Below, piece by piece: positions 35,906 through 48,175 of a stretch of 64,000 nt of DNA. Under the pieces are notes generated by a model. That model was not told where the DNA came from and made no database searches. It worked only from the letters and a program-made list of their open reading frames with translations. A program made the position numbers and the translations under genes. The stretch's first letter is position 1. Every line of letters starts with the position of its first letter. The stretch is taken from contig NC_045706.1 in assembly GCF_009834535.1 (NCBI RefSeq), positions 372,001 to 436,000 of the forward strand, written 5' to 3'. Source of the DNA: Camelus ferus (taxonomy: Eukaryota).

Positions 35906-38774
35906 GTGGCCCCGCCGCCGTGGCCGCCCGGCGCCCTCTGCGGCCTCTCCGCCTGGCTGGACGCGCTCCCGCTCAGCCGCCGCAAGCGCCACCTGGCCCG
36001 GGACTTCAGCCGGGCCGGGGGCCGGGGGCCGGGGGCCCGCCGCGGGGGCAGGGCCGCCGCCGGGCCCCGGCGCTCTCCGCTCAGGGGAAGAGCCCGGCCG
36101 CCATCCCTCCCGCCAGCGAGAGCCCCAGCCGAGGGCCGTGCCCCGGGAAGGCTCTCCCCTCCCAGAGCTCCATGCAAAGTTCAGAAGACCCCAGAGCGGG
36201 GGCGTGAGGGGCGCCCTGGAGGGCGGGCAGGACGGGGAAATGAGGTGGGGCAAAGGTGGGGTGCTGCCTTGACGGCCCCCCAGGAGGAGTGCGGCCAAGG
36301 CGAGGGGCCGGTTGTGCGTTCAAACTCGTCACGGGATTCCGGCCTCCTGCAGACTGGGGGCCCCGGCAGCTCCCACAGCCCTCTCCCCAGGACACCCACA
36401 CCCCAGCAGTCGCCGCCAGGACTCCTCTGGTGCTCATTCACCCGTGTGAGGAAGCCAAGGAGCCCTAGCTCCGCAGGCCCCGCTCACTTGCGCCCCTGCC
36501 GGCCCCACCCCAGCGATGCTGGCGTGGATCGTGAAGCTCTTCCGCCACCCACCCCCACCCCCACCCCACCCCTCCCCACCCCGGATCGGCTCGTGGACCC
36601 GCACAGCTACTTCCCCACCTGCAGCGCAGACCAGAAGCTTAGCAGCTGGAGCGTCCTCAACAGGCAGGGCTGGGCCCGGCGGACGGCTGCCCTCGGAGCC
36701 GTGCAGGCTTTGTGCTCCCTGCCTTTTCCGCTGGGGCCCCCACTCCTCGCGCTGAGGGCCCTCCCCTCAAGGCTGGTCTGGGGCAGCCTCCCCCGAGCCC
36801 TTCCCAGCCTCTGGGACAAGTTCTCAGGTTGCTCCTCTGCTGTGGGTTCCCCTGACTCTTCAATCCAGTTCCTGTCCACTGGAACTTCACCGTCAACCTG
36901 GGGCTCCGGGGCCCCCCACCAGGAGCTTGAGACCTGCTCACCAGGGCGCCAGTCCTGCCCTCTGACTGTGCGTCCAGCCCCTGCTGACCACAGCTCCCAC
37001 CCACGCACTCACGCATAGTTCTGGGTGGCAGGCTCTACACAGGCACAGCAGACACGGCCGTAAGTGGGCCCTGGCCTTCATGGAGCTGTGAGTCTAGGGG
37101 GAAGACAAATCCACCAGGAGGTGGACCCAGTGTCAGTTGTGATGCAACATGAAGGACGACGAGGCAGGACCTGTGAGGAAGTGACAGTGAGCACAGCGAG
37201 GTGGGGGTGACCTACAGGGTGGGGAGGGAGACCCTGAGTCCCTGAGGCTGGGCAGGGAGGGGCGCTCAGAGCCACTGAGGGTCCTCAGAGGGCAGTGTCT
37301 GGGGGGACCATGCTTGGCAGGGTCCAGGCCCAGCAGGTTCCGCTGGGACTCGCTTCGGAGAGCTGCCAGGGAAGAGGAGATTGGAGGGGGTGGAGGCAGG
37401 GAAGGCAGCTGCTCTGACCCCCAGAGGCGGGAGGGTGGCAGCTGCAGGCAGACGTGCTGAGGTCAGACCCCTGCACTTTGGAGGTGAATCAGCCGGACTT
37501 CCTCACAGAGTGGAGCCTGACTCAGGCAGGAAGAGAAGTTTTCTACCCAGAGTCCCTGGGACACGCATCAGGGAGGTGGTGGCCCAGGCTGGGACTCGCT
37601 TGGCCTGAGGGTACTGGGCGCCCTTGTTCTGTGATCCCTGGTGGGGTGGCCAGGAACAAGATGGCCACTGGGCCTTGATGGGGACGGGCACAGAGGCCCC
37701 CAGGCCAGCATCTCCCCACAGATGCTCTGAGGGCTGCACCCCCGATTCCTCTGCAGGAAAGTCTTCCACAAGCTACGTTTCTGAGTCTCTGAGGAAGATA
37801 TCCGAAAGGTGGTGGCCAACACGCCTGGGGCCATCGAGCCCATCTTTGTGCCCTGAGGGAGAAGGTGGAGGCCACCCCCAACCACACGGACCTGGCTGGA
37901 CGTGAGAGAGCAGTCGGAAGCCTTGGAACCCGCTGCGTTTGGACGTGGTCTTGTTACCTGCCAATGAGAGAGTAAAACCAGGAAATGAGTGGGGAAGAAG
38001 CCCCTGGGGCCCAGACTGCAGCAAAATCCTTGGCTGTGCCCCTGCGAGCCCAGTTCTGGGTCCCTTCCCAGCCCGACCCATCTGCTCTCCTTTTCAGAAG
38101 TGCTCCCCACTCTGCATCCTCTGCTTACCATCTCCCCAACCTCGTCCATCCCAGGGAGACGTGGGCAGGCATGTTGGCTACAAGCAGGGAGTCAGCCCCC
38201 CTTGGCCGCCTCTTACCGTGCAACTTTTGAAACCTTCGCAGGAGCCAGGACCCTCCAGCGTTGATGCTGATGGGCCCAGGGTGGGACTCACCACCCCTGC
38301 ACACACTGGTAGTATCCTGACCCCTGAAGGGAGGGCAGGCCTCCCATGAGGGCAGGGCCTCGCTCAGAGAGAGCCCTGACTGCCCCCCTGGACAAATGGG
38401 AGCCTGCAGCCCTGTCCACAGGCCCCACTGTGTGCTGTGGCCAGGCCAGGCCCTTCTGGAGCCAGAGGCTCTGAGCTGATGTGTCCATGTGTCTTGCAGG
38501 CCTGCTGAGCCCCTCAGCACCCTCCAGGGCAGAGACCCTTTGGAGTCAGAGGGCTCCGGAGAAGATGGGCCACTGTGCGTGCGGCGGGTGGGTCTCCATC
38601 TCAAACACCCTACCATCCCAGCCCTGCCTCTGCTGGCTTGCTGGCCTGAGGGCCCAGTGTTTGCCTTTCAGTCAGGGCCCAGCTGGTGAGCCCTGGCAGC
38701 ACCTGGACCCTCAGCTGCAGCAGCTCCTGGAGGAAAAGGAGCAGGCACTGGCTGTTCTGCAGGAGATGGTCAAG
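35906..38774 (+). pseudogene. SPEF1L: SPEF1-like (CH-domain plus coiled-coil ciliary protein) gene with disabling lesions
   Basis: Exon remnants: about 35906-36010 (WLDALPLSRRKRHLARDFS vs SPEF1 WVDNIPLSRPKRNLSRDFS), 36514-36663 (MLAWIVKLF..RLVDPHSYFPTCSADQKLSSWSVLNR), 37757-37901 (KVFHKLRF*VSEEDIRKVVANTPGAIEPI/CALREKVE), 38500-38587, 38672-38774 (DPQLQQLLEEKEQALAVLQEMVK). No in-frame ATG, no exon-1 donor, frameshifting insertion in exon 2, TGA at 37782-37784, 1-nt loss near 37845. Location next to Adam8 fits recalled mouse synteny. Confidence 0.85.
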
Positions 38775-41700
38775 GTACAGCCCTGGGCCCCCAGGCAGCT
38801 CGGACCCATGCGCAGCGAGGCAGTGGGTGTGGCAGGCGGCGCCCCTGACCAGGGAGAGCCCACATCTAGTTGTATTGTTTGGAAAGTAATTTAACTGTGG
38901 GGTACCTAGAAGCAGAAACGAGTATAGTGGACCCCAACCCTTACAAACCATCCAACCTCACCAGTTACCAGGCCCTGGGGCCCCATTCCAGGGGCTGCAG
39001 ACTCGCACCTAGATGTGCTGGACACCAGGCCCAGGGGCCGTGGGGCCAGGTCAGGGAGCAGAAGGCCCCTCCCCAAGGTGCACGCCTGGTTCTGGGGGTG
39101 CATGCCTGGTCCTCTGCTCCTTCTCGGGGGTCTCCAGCATTCTTGGGTTCAGGGTGTGCTCAGTTCCCTTCAGTGCCTTTCAGTGACCACCGTGTGCTCT
39201 CCCAGCCCCCACGGGAGCACCGGCTGTGCTGAGGACAGTGGGGGTGGGGGCAGGGGTGCAGGCCACCCCAGTCTGGCCTTGGGGTCAAAGGGCCGCCAGG
39301 AGTTGTGGTGACAGCGAGGTTCCTGAGGGTGCGCGGGTCTTGCGCTGCTTTCCTGCGGAAGCAGGAAAGTGGTGTCATGGTGTGGTTTGCATCTGCCGAG
39401 GGACGGCGGGGAGGAAGCGCTGACGGGCAGCGAGTTGCTGCCTCAGCAGGGTCCCGGCAGCCCCTCACACCCACGGCCGAAGCTCTGGCCCCTGTGCTGA
39501 TAGAGGGAGTCTTGGCCACAGTGACCTGAGCAGCAGGGTTGGGCTGGGCGGGTCCACTGACACTGGGGTCCTCCAGTAACCACGCGCAGCACTGCGCCAT
39601 CTGCAGATGCCGAGGGCCGGCTCTGAAGTTACAGGCGGGCTTTCGGCCTGTTGTGGGGTCGGTGCCTCTGACCTCCCCATCGCCCGCCCCTCGTTGTTCA
39701 GGGGTCAATCTGTGTTTTATTTTATGAAGCTCGGAGAGGAAAACAGCTCATCTGCTGTTTAAAATGGTGACACAGCTGAGTGCCGTTTCCAGGACTGTCA
39801 CTGAAGTAAGATGGCGTGAGGTGAAACAGACTCCCCGGGGGCCTAGGTGTGCAGGGGCCAAGGCCATCTGTGTCAACGGAAAGTCCATCACAGTGGCCAG
39901 CGCCTGCCCAGCGAGCCACCTCAGGGCACCCCTGCCCTCTTCAGCTTGTCGCCGGGAGAGGGCACTGGGGACGGGTGCGGCCTGGCCAAGGGTGGTGTGG
40001 ACGGCCCTGTGAGGTGGTGGCTCGCTGGGTTGAGCAGATCCCCGCCACCCAGGGTTCACGGAGGGGTCATCTGCTGAGACGCTGACCCCTGCCTCGGCCG
40101 GCGGGAGCTGTGTCCTCAGGTGGAGTGCGGCCACCATACAGTTGACTTCACTTTGGACACGGCGTTTGGGAGAGGAGGAGCTTTTTCGAATCTGTTTTCT
40201 TTTCTTACCTGCTGGAGTGTGGCTGGGTCTGTGCCTCCGGTAAGGGAAGGTCGGTGCGCGGCCGTCCTCGAGGGAGGCAGCTCAGGAGGGCCCGGTGGCT
40301 ATGGCACGTCTTGGGCTGACAGGCCCTGTCCGTCCCACCTGACCCTCACTCTTCTCACTTTTTCCTCCTAGAAGGGAGCCCCACACATGGTGTGGGTGTG
40401 GCCAGGATGCCCCAGGTGCTGAGGTGGGCTGGGCAGGGCCAGGGGCGTGTCCTGCTGGCTCCTGTGTCCTGACATCCGGCCTCCCTGCTCCTGCATCCAG
40501 AGTGGGAGGCTGGGGTCCTCCAGAGCCTTGGTCCTACCGCCCCCTCCCCCTGACTCACCACCCAGCCCTGTGTTCCCGGACTCCCTGCAGGCTTTCAGGA
40601 AGCAGCGTCAGGGTTTCAGAGCTGCCTGCAGCTGAGTCAGCCCACGTCCTCCCTGAGTCAGACACGCGGTCGGGGCTCCTGCCCCTGCACCCCCACAGCA
40701 CAGGTCGGGGCTGTAAGACTCAGGGCGGGGTCCGAGCCCTTTTAGAGAGAATTGGGATTGAGGTGCCTTAGAAGCATGACCGAGGCAGAGGATCTGCTCC
40801 CCTGGCCAGGAGACATGTTTCAACTCATTGATCAAGAAGGCTCCAAGCGCCGAGGGGGAAGGGGTGGCGTCCAGGAGGGGAGCGGGTCCCAGGAGAGCCC
40901 TCAGCTGCTTTCCGTGGGCCTGGAAGGGGCTGTCTCTGAGGTCCCTGTGCACGGCCTCCTGGAGGGCAGCGCCATCCCCAGGGATGGGAGGCGGGTATGT
41001 ACCAGCCCCTGGAGCCAGGAGCCGCAGGACCCGCGGTGGGGGTGTCGGGGAGGGGCGTCCAGACTCTGCTAGTTGTGGGAATCTGGGCTACAAGCAGCCC
41101 CAGCTGGCTCCTGGTGTCAGGCATGGGAAGACCCACCCAGAGGTGGGCTCCCACAGCCCAGAGCTCATGGTGTCCCGTAGCTGGGGAAGGGCCTGGCCCA
41201 GAGCCCGAGCCAGGACAGGCCTGGCAGCTTCAGACCCCAGACCTGGCCCTGCCCAGCAGTGCTGCCTGAGCCACCAGGGTGTGGTGGGGCTCTTGTGGCC
41301 TCCCTCTACCTCGGAGGTGCAGCACTGGCACTCCAGGGCCAGACACGCACACGTGTGAGGCTGCTTGGTCCTTTGTTGAAGAAGGAGGTTGCTGTGCGTG
41401 TGTGCACACGTGAGTGTGTGCATGCCTGCCCGCGTGCGTGCTTACCAGTGGAGGTGGCCGTGGGTCTGGCCCCAGAGGCTGGGCATTGGAGTGGAGACAG
41501 AATAGAGCTTGGGAAATGCAGCCAGGGGCAGGTGCCGCCCTGGTAGGGACCTGCTCCCTACAGGGACACGGGAACACGTGCTGAGCCTCAGGTGCCTGGA
41601 GGCAGGGGCCGCTCCCAGGTAATGGGCATCGCACCTGAACACACCCCAGATGCAGACCCCTGCTCGCTGGCCTGCGGACGAGCCCTTGGCCCTACTCCAG

Positions 41701-43225
41701 CTTCGAGGGGCTTCAGCCGGGGGCTGGGGGCAGGGGGCTGACCTGGGGCCAGGGCCCCAAGGCAGGGAGACCTCAGGAGGGGCTGTGACCAACCCCCACC
41801 CCACCCCACCCCTCCCCAGCTGGAAGCTCTGTGCCACCAGCAGGGGCAGGGATGCGCGGGCACATCGGGCCTGGCTCTCCGGAGGGCCTGAGTCAGTGGC
41901 CCTAGATGCGGCCCCCACCCTGCACTGCGGGTCTGGTGGGTTTTGAATCCTGCTGGGCTGTGGGCAGAGCTGACTCAGGCCTGGGACCCTGGGGAGAAGC
42001 AGGAAGCAGGACTGGTGGCCGGCCGTGCCCCTCTGGACGGTGTTGGACCCTGGGATCTGTGGGGGGAGGAGGCTTCTCCCCCCCCATGCCCAGGCTTGCC
42101 CTTGGCCAGCAGGGACCCAAGGCTGGACCTCAAGGAGGGTGCCTTGGGGGCTCCCTCTGCCAGTGACCCTGGAAGCCCATGACATCCCACACGCAGGCTA
42201 CATCCCCTCCGTGGGGCTGGGGGCTGACAGCCAAGCCCAGGTGCTGTCCAGGGCGCCCCCTGTGGGACTCCAGGCCTGTGGGGAGGGGGCGCACACTGGA
42301 GCCTCCCAGGGAGAGCAGGCCACCTGAGCCTGCTCAGGCCCTCCCTTTCCGGGTGTGGCATCTTGGGGTGTCAGGTGGAGGCTGTGGGGGTGCTGGGGGC
42401 AGTGTGTGCCCCGGGCTGCAGAGCTGGGGTGCCCTTGGCGCCTGTACAAACGTGACAAGTGGACCGTGGGGGTGCAGCCATGGGGGTCCCCACCCCGCCC
42501 AGGTTTTCCTGACCTCTTGATCAGGCCAGCACTACCTCAAACCCAAAAGGCTTCTGGATCCTTCTCTAAGGAGGGAGGACCCCCGCACAGTGCAGGCCAC
42601 AGGCTGCTCCCCTGGGGACAGACTCACTGGGGCCTCGGACCCTGTGCTCCAGGCCCTGGGGGTGCTCACTGCCTGCAGGCTTCTTGGCTGGACTAAAGGG
42701 CCCAACAGGCCCCAGCCACATGAGGGCCCCACTATTGAGGGTGAAGACACGTGGCTCCCCTGCACCCCTGGGCAGTGAGCTCGGGCCTGGGTCTCCAACC
42801 CTGCCAGGACAAGGACATTAGGAGACATTCCGTCAGCTGCAGTTCTGAGAAGCCACGCTGACGTGGCCATGACTCTATTGAGGGGGAGACCAGGCCTGGA
42901 GGCTCAGGGGGGACAGATGAGGGGCCAGGCCAGCGCGTCCCATGCCCCAGAACCGGGTGCTCTGCTTCAGTGTCTGCCTTTTCCTAAGGTGGCCGGACAC
43001 AGAGGACACCCAGGCTCAGAGCCCCTGGGAGCCCATCAGACTCCCCAGGCCACCGGCTCTGACATGGGAAGTGCTGAACCACATGAGCAGCCACGAGAGG
43101 GGTCCCTGTGTCCAGAGGTGAAGGCAGAGCAAGGGGCTCCAGGCGGGTCTGAGTGCAGAAGCCCTGATGCAGGAAAAACACGTGGGGCCAGAGGAGGGCT
43201 GTGTCTCAGGGCTGGGCTGGGTCCC

Positions 43226-43689
43226 TGGGACGTGCCCCACCAAGTGTGGGTCCTTGGCTTCACGCAGGAAAGAATTCAAGAGGGAGCCAAAAGCAGATTT
43301 ATTTAGAGGTACGTACTGCACAGAGTGCAGGCTGTTTTAGAAGGGCCACGAGGTGTGGGGGTTGGGTGCTCAGGCTAAACACATGCCAGCAAGTGGGAGG
43401 ACCATTCTGTCTGCCCTGGGGAAGGGGCTGGTTTCCCAGGAATTGGGCCACCGCCCGCTCTTCGACATTTTATGGTCAGCCTCGACGCTGTCATGGCACC
43501 TGTGGGAGTGTCATTTGCCATGTTAATATACTACAATGAGCATGTAATGAAGCTCGAGGTCTCCTGGAAGTCAAACCTCCCGCCATCTCAATCCTCAAGG
43601 CCTACTGGGGGTTGAACCTTCCACCATTTTGGTGTTAACTGCTGTCATTCCTTGAATGGCTGCGCCCTGCCCCCTTCCCTCCGGTCTCA
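43226..43689 (-). mobile_element. ERV1-type solo LTR (older)
   Basis: cttggcttcacgcaggaaagaattcaagag..tttatt..ggaagtcaaacctcccgccatct..cccccttccctccggtctca matches recalled antisense LTR layout. Minus strand starts TGAGA; AATAAA on minus at 43298-43303. Left edge approximate; no TSD found. Confidence 0.6.
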
Positions 43690-45984
43690 CTGAGGGCCCG
43701 GATTCCTTTCTCTTGCGGCTTAAGGCTCTTCCTCAGGAGTCAGCCTCCAGGGGAACCTGAGGCCACCCCGACCCATTCTTGTCACTCGCCACCAGCCCCT
43801 CCCCGTTGCTGGCATCGGGCTCCAATTAGTGTCTGGCTTTCAGTCAGGTCACTCCAGCTTCCTCCTGCTGTAAACCATGCGGCAAAGAAACAGTCCCCTG
43901 TGAATTAACAGGGTTATAGAGGCGTCAGCCTGCCCTCCCCGGTCCAGGAAGCAGACGCGACGCTCGTTTGGGTCTCCAGCCGGGGGTCCGTGTGGCAGAT
44001 CCTCCTGCACATGGTAAATATTTCATAACAATTTAAAAACATTTTTAAGGGGAAAACCTTGGGAGGCACAGAGGTGTAAACATGAGCTGGTGATTAGAAA
44101 CCCACTGGGCCAGCAAGTGAGTGTGTGGGGCTGGCGGGTCCCACACCTCGTCCACCAGCTCCACCCGCTCGCCGGGGGCTGTGATCAGTGGGGAGCCTGG
44201 ACTACTTACTTCCTCCTTAGTAAACGGGAAAGCAAACGTGCCCGCAGGCGGCCGCACCCCGCCACCACCCTCGGAGCCCCACCAGGCTGGCCCAAGGGTG
44301 ACCCCACGTGGCCAGGGCAGAAATCATACCTCCTGATCCTTAAAAATTGGCAACCCGCAGTGATGCAGGCTGATAGCTAACTACCTGGCGTCTGGCAAGG
44401 CCTTCCTTGCGACCTTTCTGCTCCAGAAGGCCTTGAGGGCTTCACGCAAATTCCCACGCCAGCCAGAAACCTTCCAGGCCTCCAGCCACCTGACTGAGGG
44501 CAGGCAGTGCTCTGGCCGTGATGTGAGCCCCAGTGTAGGCAGCAAACACGGAAACACGCGGTCTCCACCCCGTGGGAGTCCTCGGCCCCCCTACCACTGC
44601 CCCCACTGCCACCCCTTCGCCAGCTCGTCTTTGCACGTTGGTTTTCATGAGTGTTGTGTTTTGCGTGAGTGAGAGAGGCTGGGGAGGCACTGACCACGTC
44701 TGGGCCAGGCACAACGCTGCTGTGGACATGCCTCAAAGGGCTCCAGGCTGAGGTGGCCCAGGACTCCCGCATGGCTCCAGCTACAGCAGGAAAGTCCTTT
44801 CCACCCGGCCGTGTGGGGCCAGGCTGACCTGGGGGAAGCACCACCCTCCCTGGCGGCTCCGGTGTCCTGCGCAGCACAGGCCCTCCAGCGGCCAGGAGCT
44901 CAGAGAGCAGGATGAATAGGGGAACCGCGGGGCCGGGGTGGGAGGGCGGTGGCCCACCCGAGAGCCTGACATTTGAGACTGGGGGAAGGCCACCAAGCCT
45001 GACTTTGGAGGGAAGGTGTGAAGAAACGAGGGGCGGGTGGCTCAGACAGAGGAGCAGTCGGTGCAAAGGCTCCAGGCAGAGAGCCAGGGCGAAGGACTCC
45101 CCACCCAGGACTGCGGGTGGGCTAGGGAGCCACCAAGCGGCTCCGCTGGGAGAGAAGGAGGGTGCTGGGCAGGTCGCCGTTGCCCCAGTGCCGAGGGGCC
45201 CGGGCGTCAGGGAGGCCCCCCCACAGCCTTGCAGGACGAGGGCCAGGACAGAGCAGGGCAGATCTGAGAAGTGGGTTCTGGGCACACTGTGAAGGCAGAG
45301 CCAGCGAACAGGCGTCCTGGGCATGGCTGATGAGGCACTTCAGAATTCCAGAAAACAGGGCGGGTGGGTGTCCAACCAGCCGTCAAGCTCCCTGGGCTGT
45401 CAGAGGCTGTTTCTGAGCTGGAAGGGGCACCAAAATGTGTGCTCCTTGGGCAGTCAGCGTATCTTCTTCATGTATTCAATATTTTGTAACACCCAAGACA
45501 CACTTTTCAGGGGGAAACACCCTGGATGCACAGGAGGTGTGAAAAGGGACTGACAAAAGATTAGGAGCTGGTGGCCAGGTGGCCAGACGGCCTGCTTCTG
45601 TAAAACTGACTTGAAGGTTTACGTGGAACAGCCTGTTAGCTCAAAGCTTTGAGTGAGTTGACTGAAATTAGATAAAAGCACTGAGAATGTGCAGGAAAGG
45701 ACACATGAGCACATTTGGACAAGGATTCTCCCTCCAGTGACCGCGCCCTGAGGCGGGCGGGCCCTCGGAGCACCCCTGGGCGGGGGCCCGCTGCCTGCCC
45801 TCCACCACAGGGCGGGAGCTCTCTCGGTCTCAAACCCTGCCTGCCTACCAGCCTCCGGGCTCGTGGAAGGGACGTGGCTCACACGTAGAAAGTAGTAGAA
45901 AGATGCCCGGAAAAGAGGCAGGTAGAAAACAGCTATGTGACCGCCTTTGGGGGCAGAGCCGTCACTCTTGTAGTCGCGCTGTGC

Positions 45985-46045
45985 TGTTCTGTAATTGGGG
46001 AAAATGAGAATAGTGGTTCTAACACGCTTGCCTGTGAGATGCAGT
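45985..46045 (+). mobile_element. MIR fragment
   Basis: ctgtaattggggaaaatgagaatagt..ctgtgagatg resembles the MIR core. Confidence 0.4.
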
Positions 46046-47084
46046 CCTGCTTCTGGTTCCCATGTGTCCTCGAAATCCGTCTCCGTTGTGGACTCTGAAA
46101 AGGACACACTCGTTAAGAGAGACTCCCTCTTGGCCACCAGCTGTGCCTCACCCACCAGGAAAAATGGAACCACCGGCCAGGAGAGGGTTGTGGGGGGTCA
46201 GAGGCCAGAGCAGCCCTGGCCTCACCCCAGGGGAGGCGTGGGGACCCCAGGCCCAGACCCCTCTGTGCACCACCCACTGCATGTTCTGGGGGGGGGGAGT
46301 GTTTGTCCCTGTCCCTCCCTCACAGTGTAACATGCCACACGTGAGATGAAGTAGAACCTGCTCTCTGTGACCCGAATCCATCCCTCAAGTGAGCCGGGAG
46401 GCCAAGGAGGGCAGGCAGGGGAAACGCAGGATGAGGGTAGGCTGTGGCGTGACTGGACAGCCCCACAGTGTCAGTCACCTGGACCCTTGGCCCTGGGGCG
46501 CCCTGGCCCTGTGTGCAGCCGGGCTGGGCCACTGGCCAGTGGGTGCCCAGCCCTCTCTGGGCTCTCAGAGGAAAGCCCACCCTCTCAGGAGAGACCAAGT
46601 GGCCCTCACTGCCCCCTGCCCCCCCCCACCACTGCAAGGCCGCCAACCCCAAACCTGCAGGCCCTCACACACACGCACACGTGCGTGCACACTCAGCCCC
46701 CATGGCTCCCACTTTGCTCCCACTGCCTGTGTCCCTGGCTCCGACCCTCCGGCCTGGGTTATGTCTGTGATCCAAGGCTGCCTGGAGAAGGAGGGTCTCA
46801 GGCCTCCCTCCCACACGGTCCTCCGCCCTGGCAGCCACGACAGGTCAGCCCCAACCCAGCCCGTCCACAGATTCAGGGTCCACTCAGCCTCCCCCGCCCT
46901 CCCCCAGGTCGGGGTAGTGAGTCCCATGGGCTGCTTGTGCCCCCACAGCACCCACCCGCCCAGCCAGGCCATGCGGCTTCTCCGTCAACCAGGAGAGTGG
47001 GAAGGGGTCCCTGGGAGGCACCTGGAGCCGAGAGGGTGTTGGTTCTGGCCCTGGCCGGCCCAGGTCCTTGGGCAGCGAGGCTCT

Positions 47085-47130
47085 CCCTGTAGATCTGGGC
47101 CTTGGTTTCCTCCTCAGCAAAGTGGGGGCT
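47085..47130 (+). mobile_element. MIR fragment
   Basis: ctgggccttggtttcctcctcagcaaagtggggg resembles ctgagcctcagtttcctcatctgtaaaatgggg. Confidence 0.5.
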
Positions 47131-48104
47131 AGGCTGGTGGAGGCAGGACGTGACCTGTGCCCCCCAGCACTCGCAACCCTGGACTGACCCCACCCAGGCC
47201 TCTACTGAGGGTCCTCCAGAAGCTGCGGGGACCCCCAGGGGCCTTGGGTCAGGGACGCTGAGCCGGCCTGAGGAGAGGCATCTCCCCAGGGGTCATCAGG
47301 CTGAGGACGCAGAAGACCATGGGGCTGGGGGCAGCTACCGAGGGGAGAGGCCTGAGAGTGACTGGTCCCTCCCCAAACCCGAGGCCCAGCCCTCACTGGG
47401 GCCTTCAGTGAGAAAGAGATCTCCACCCCAAGTTGTGGGCAGTGGTGACCGTGCTGGGGCCAAGGCCAGGGGCTGGGGACCTGGGCTGAGCCTGGGGTCT
47501 GACCCAGGGGGAGTGGGCACGTGTGTGCACCATTCCCAGCTCTGGGCCAGGTGCTATGCCAGCTCAGCAGTCTGGACAAGGTGGCCACAGTCCTCCCTCG
47601 GGTCGGGGTGCCCTGGAAAGGGCCGTCCGCGCCGTGGCCTTGGAGGGTGGAAGAACGTTCCCTTGGCGTGGGAGGGCCCCGGATACACCCGGAGAGGAGA
47701 AAGAAAATATCATAAGCCAAGATTATCTCCCCGGGTAGGGAGTCACAGAGGCGCAGCCTTGAAACCCTGACGCGGAGGGAAGGTCCCAGGCCCGGCTTAA
47801 CTCCTTGCTGCCCCTCCTGCCTCTCCCGCTGGCCCACCAGACCCTCAGAGCTGCTAACTCCCCGCACGGCCCAGCCTGTGCCCCGTCCTGGGGACCAAGC
47901 ACCCACCCAGCTTCCCACAGGCCCAGGGTTGCAGGGGCCTCTGCCCACGTCACACTGGTCACGAGCCTGCCCGGCTCAGGATCTGGGCTCCGGAAGCCCA
48001 GTGCCCTGAAGTCTCCAGGGGCCGCCTGCCGGGATCTCGGCCCAGACCTGGGTCCTGTCACCTGCCTCTTCAAGCCCACGCCCCCTCCACACACAGGGTG
48101 TAGA

Positions 48105-48175
48105 AACACCAGATTTAGAAATTAAAATTCAGGACACCCAGTTAAAGTCCAGTTTCAGATAAACTGCACAATTTG
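48105..48175 (+). mobile_element. MER53-like hAT transposon fragment
   Basis: ccagatttagaaattaaaattcaggacacccagttaaagtccagtttcagataaac follows the recalled MER53 terminus. Confidence 0.65.

Noticed and set aside
37782-37784. Selenocysteine or read-through of the SPEF1L TGA (also the TGA at 50440-50442)
   Set aside because: No SECIS-like hairpin seen, and for SPEF1L other frameshifts accompany the stop.
38775-44000. Final SPEF1L exon (expected LQMKV..LEHL..LK motif)
   Set aside because: Not found by eye; the LQM at 39601 does not extend. It may be deleted or too diverged.
44020-44032. SOX-OCT-like composite (ATTGTTATGAAAT on minus)
   Set aside because: The octamer half is defective; a single AT-rich word is weak evidence.
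44377-45324. 315-aa minus ORF, and similar ORFs at 46367-47092, 47202-47948, 52230-53069 and 53317-54186
   Set aside because: Pro/Gly/Arg/Ala-rich with no domain or splice logic; expected in stop-poor GC-rich DNA.
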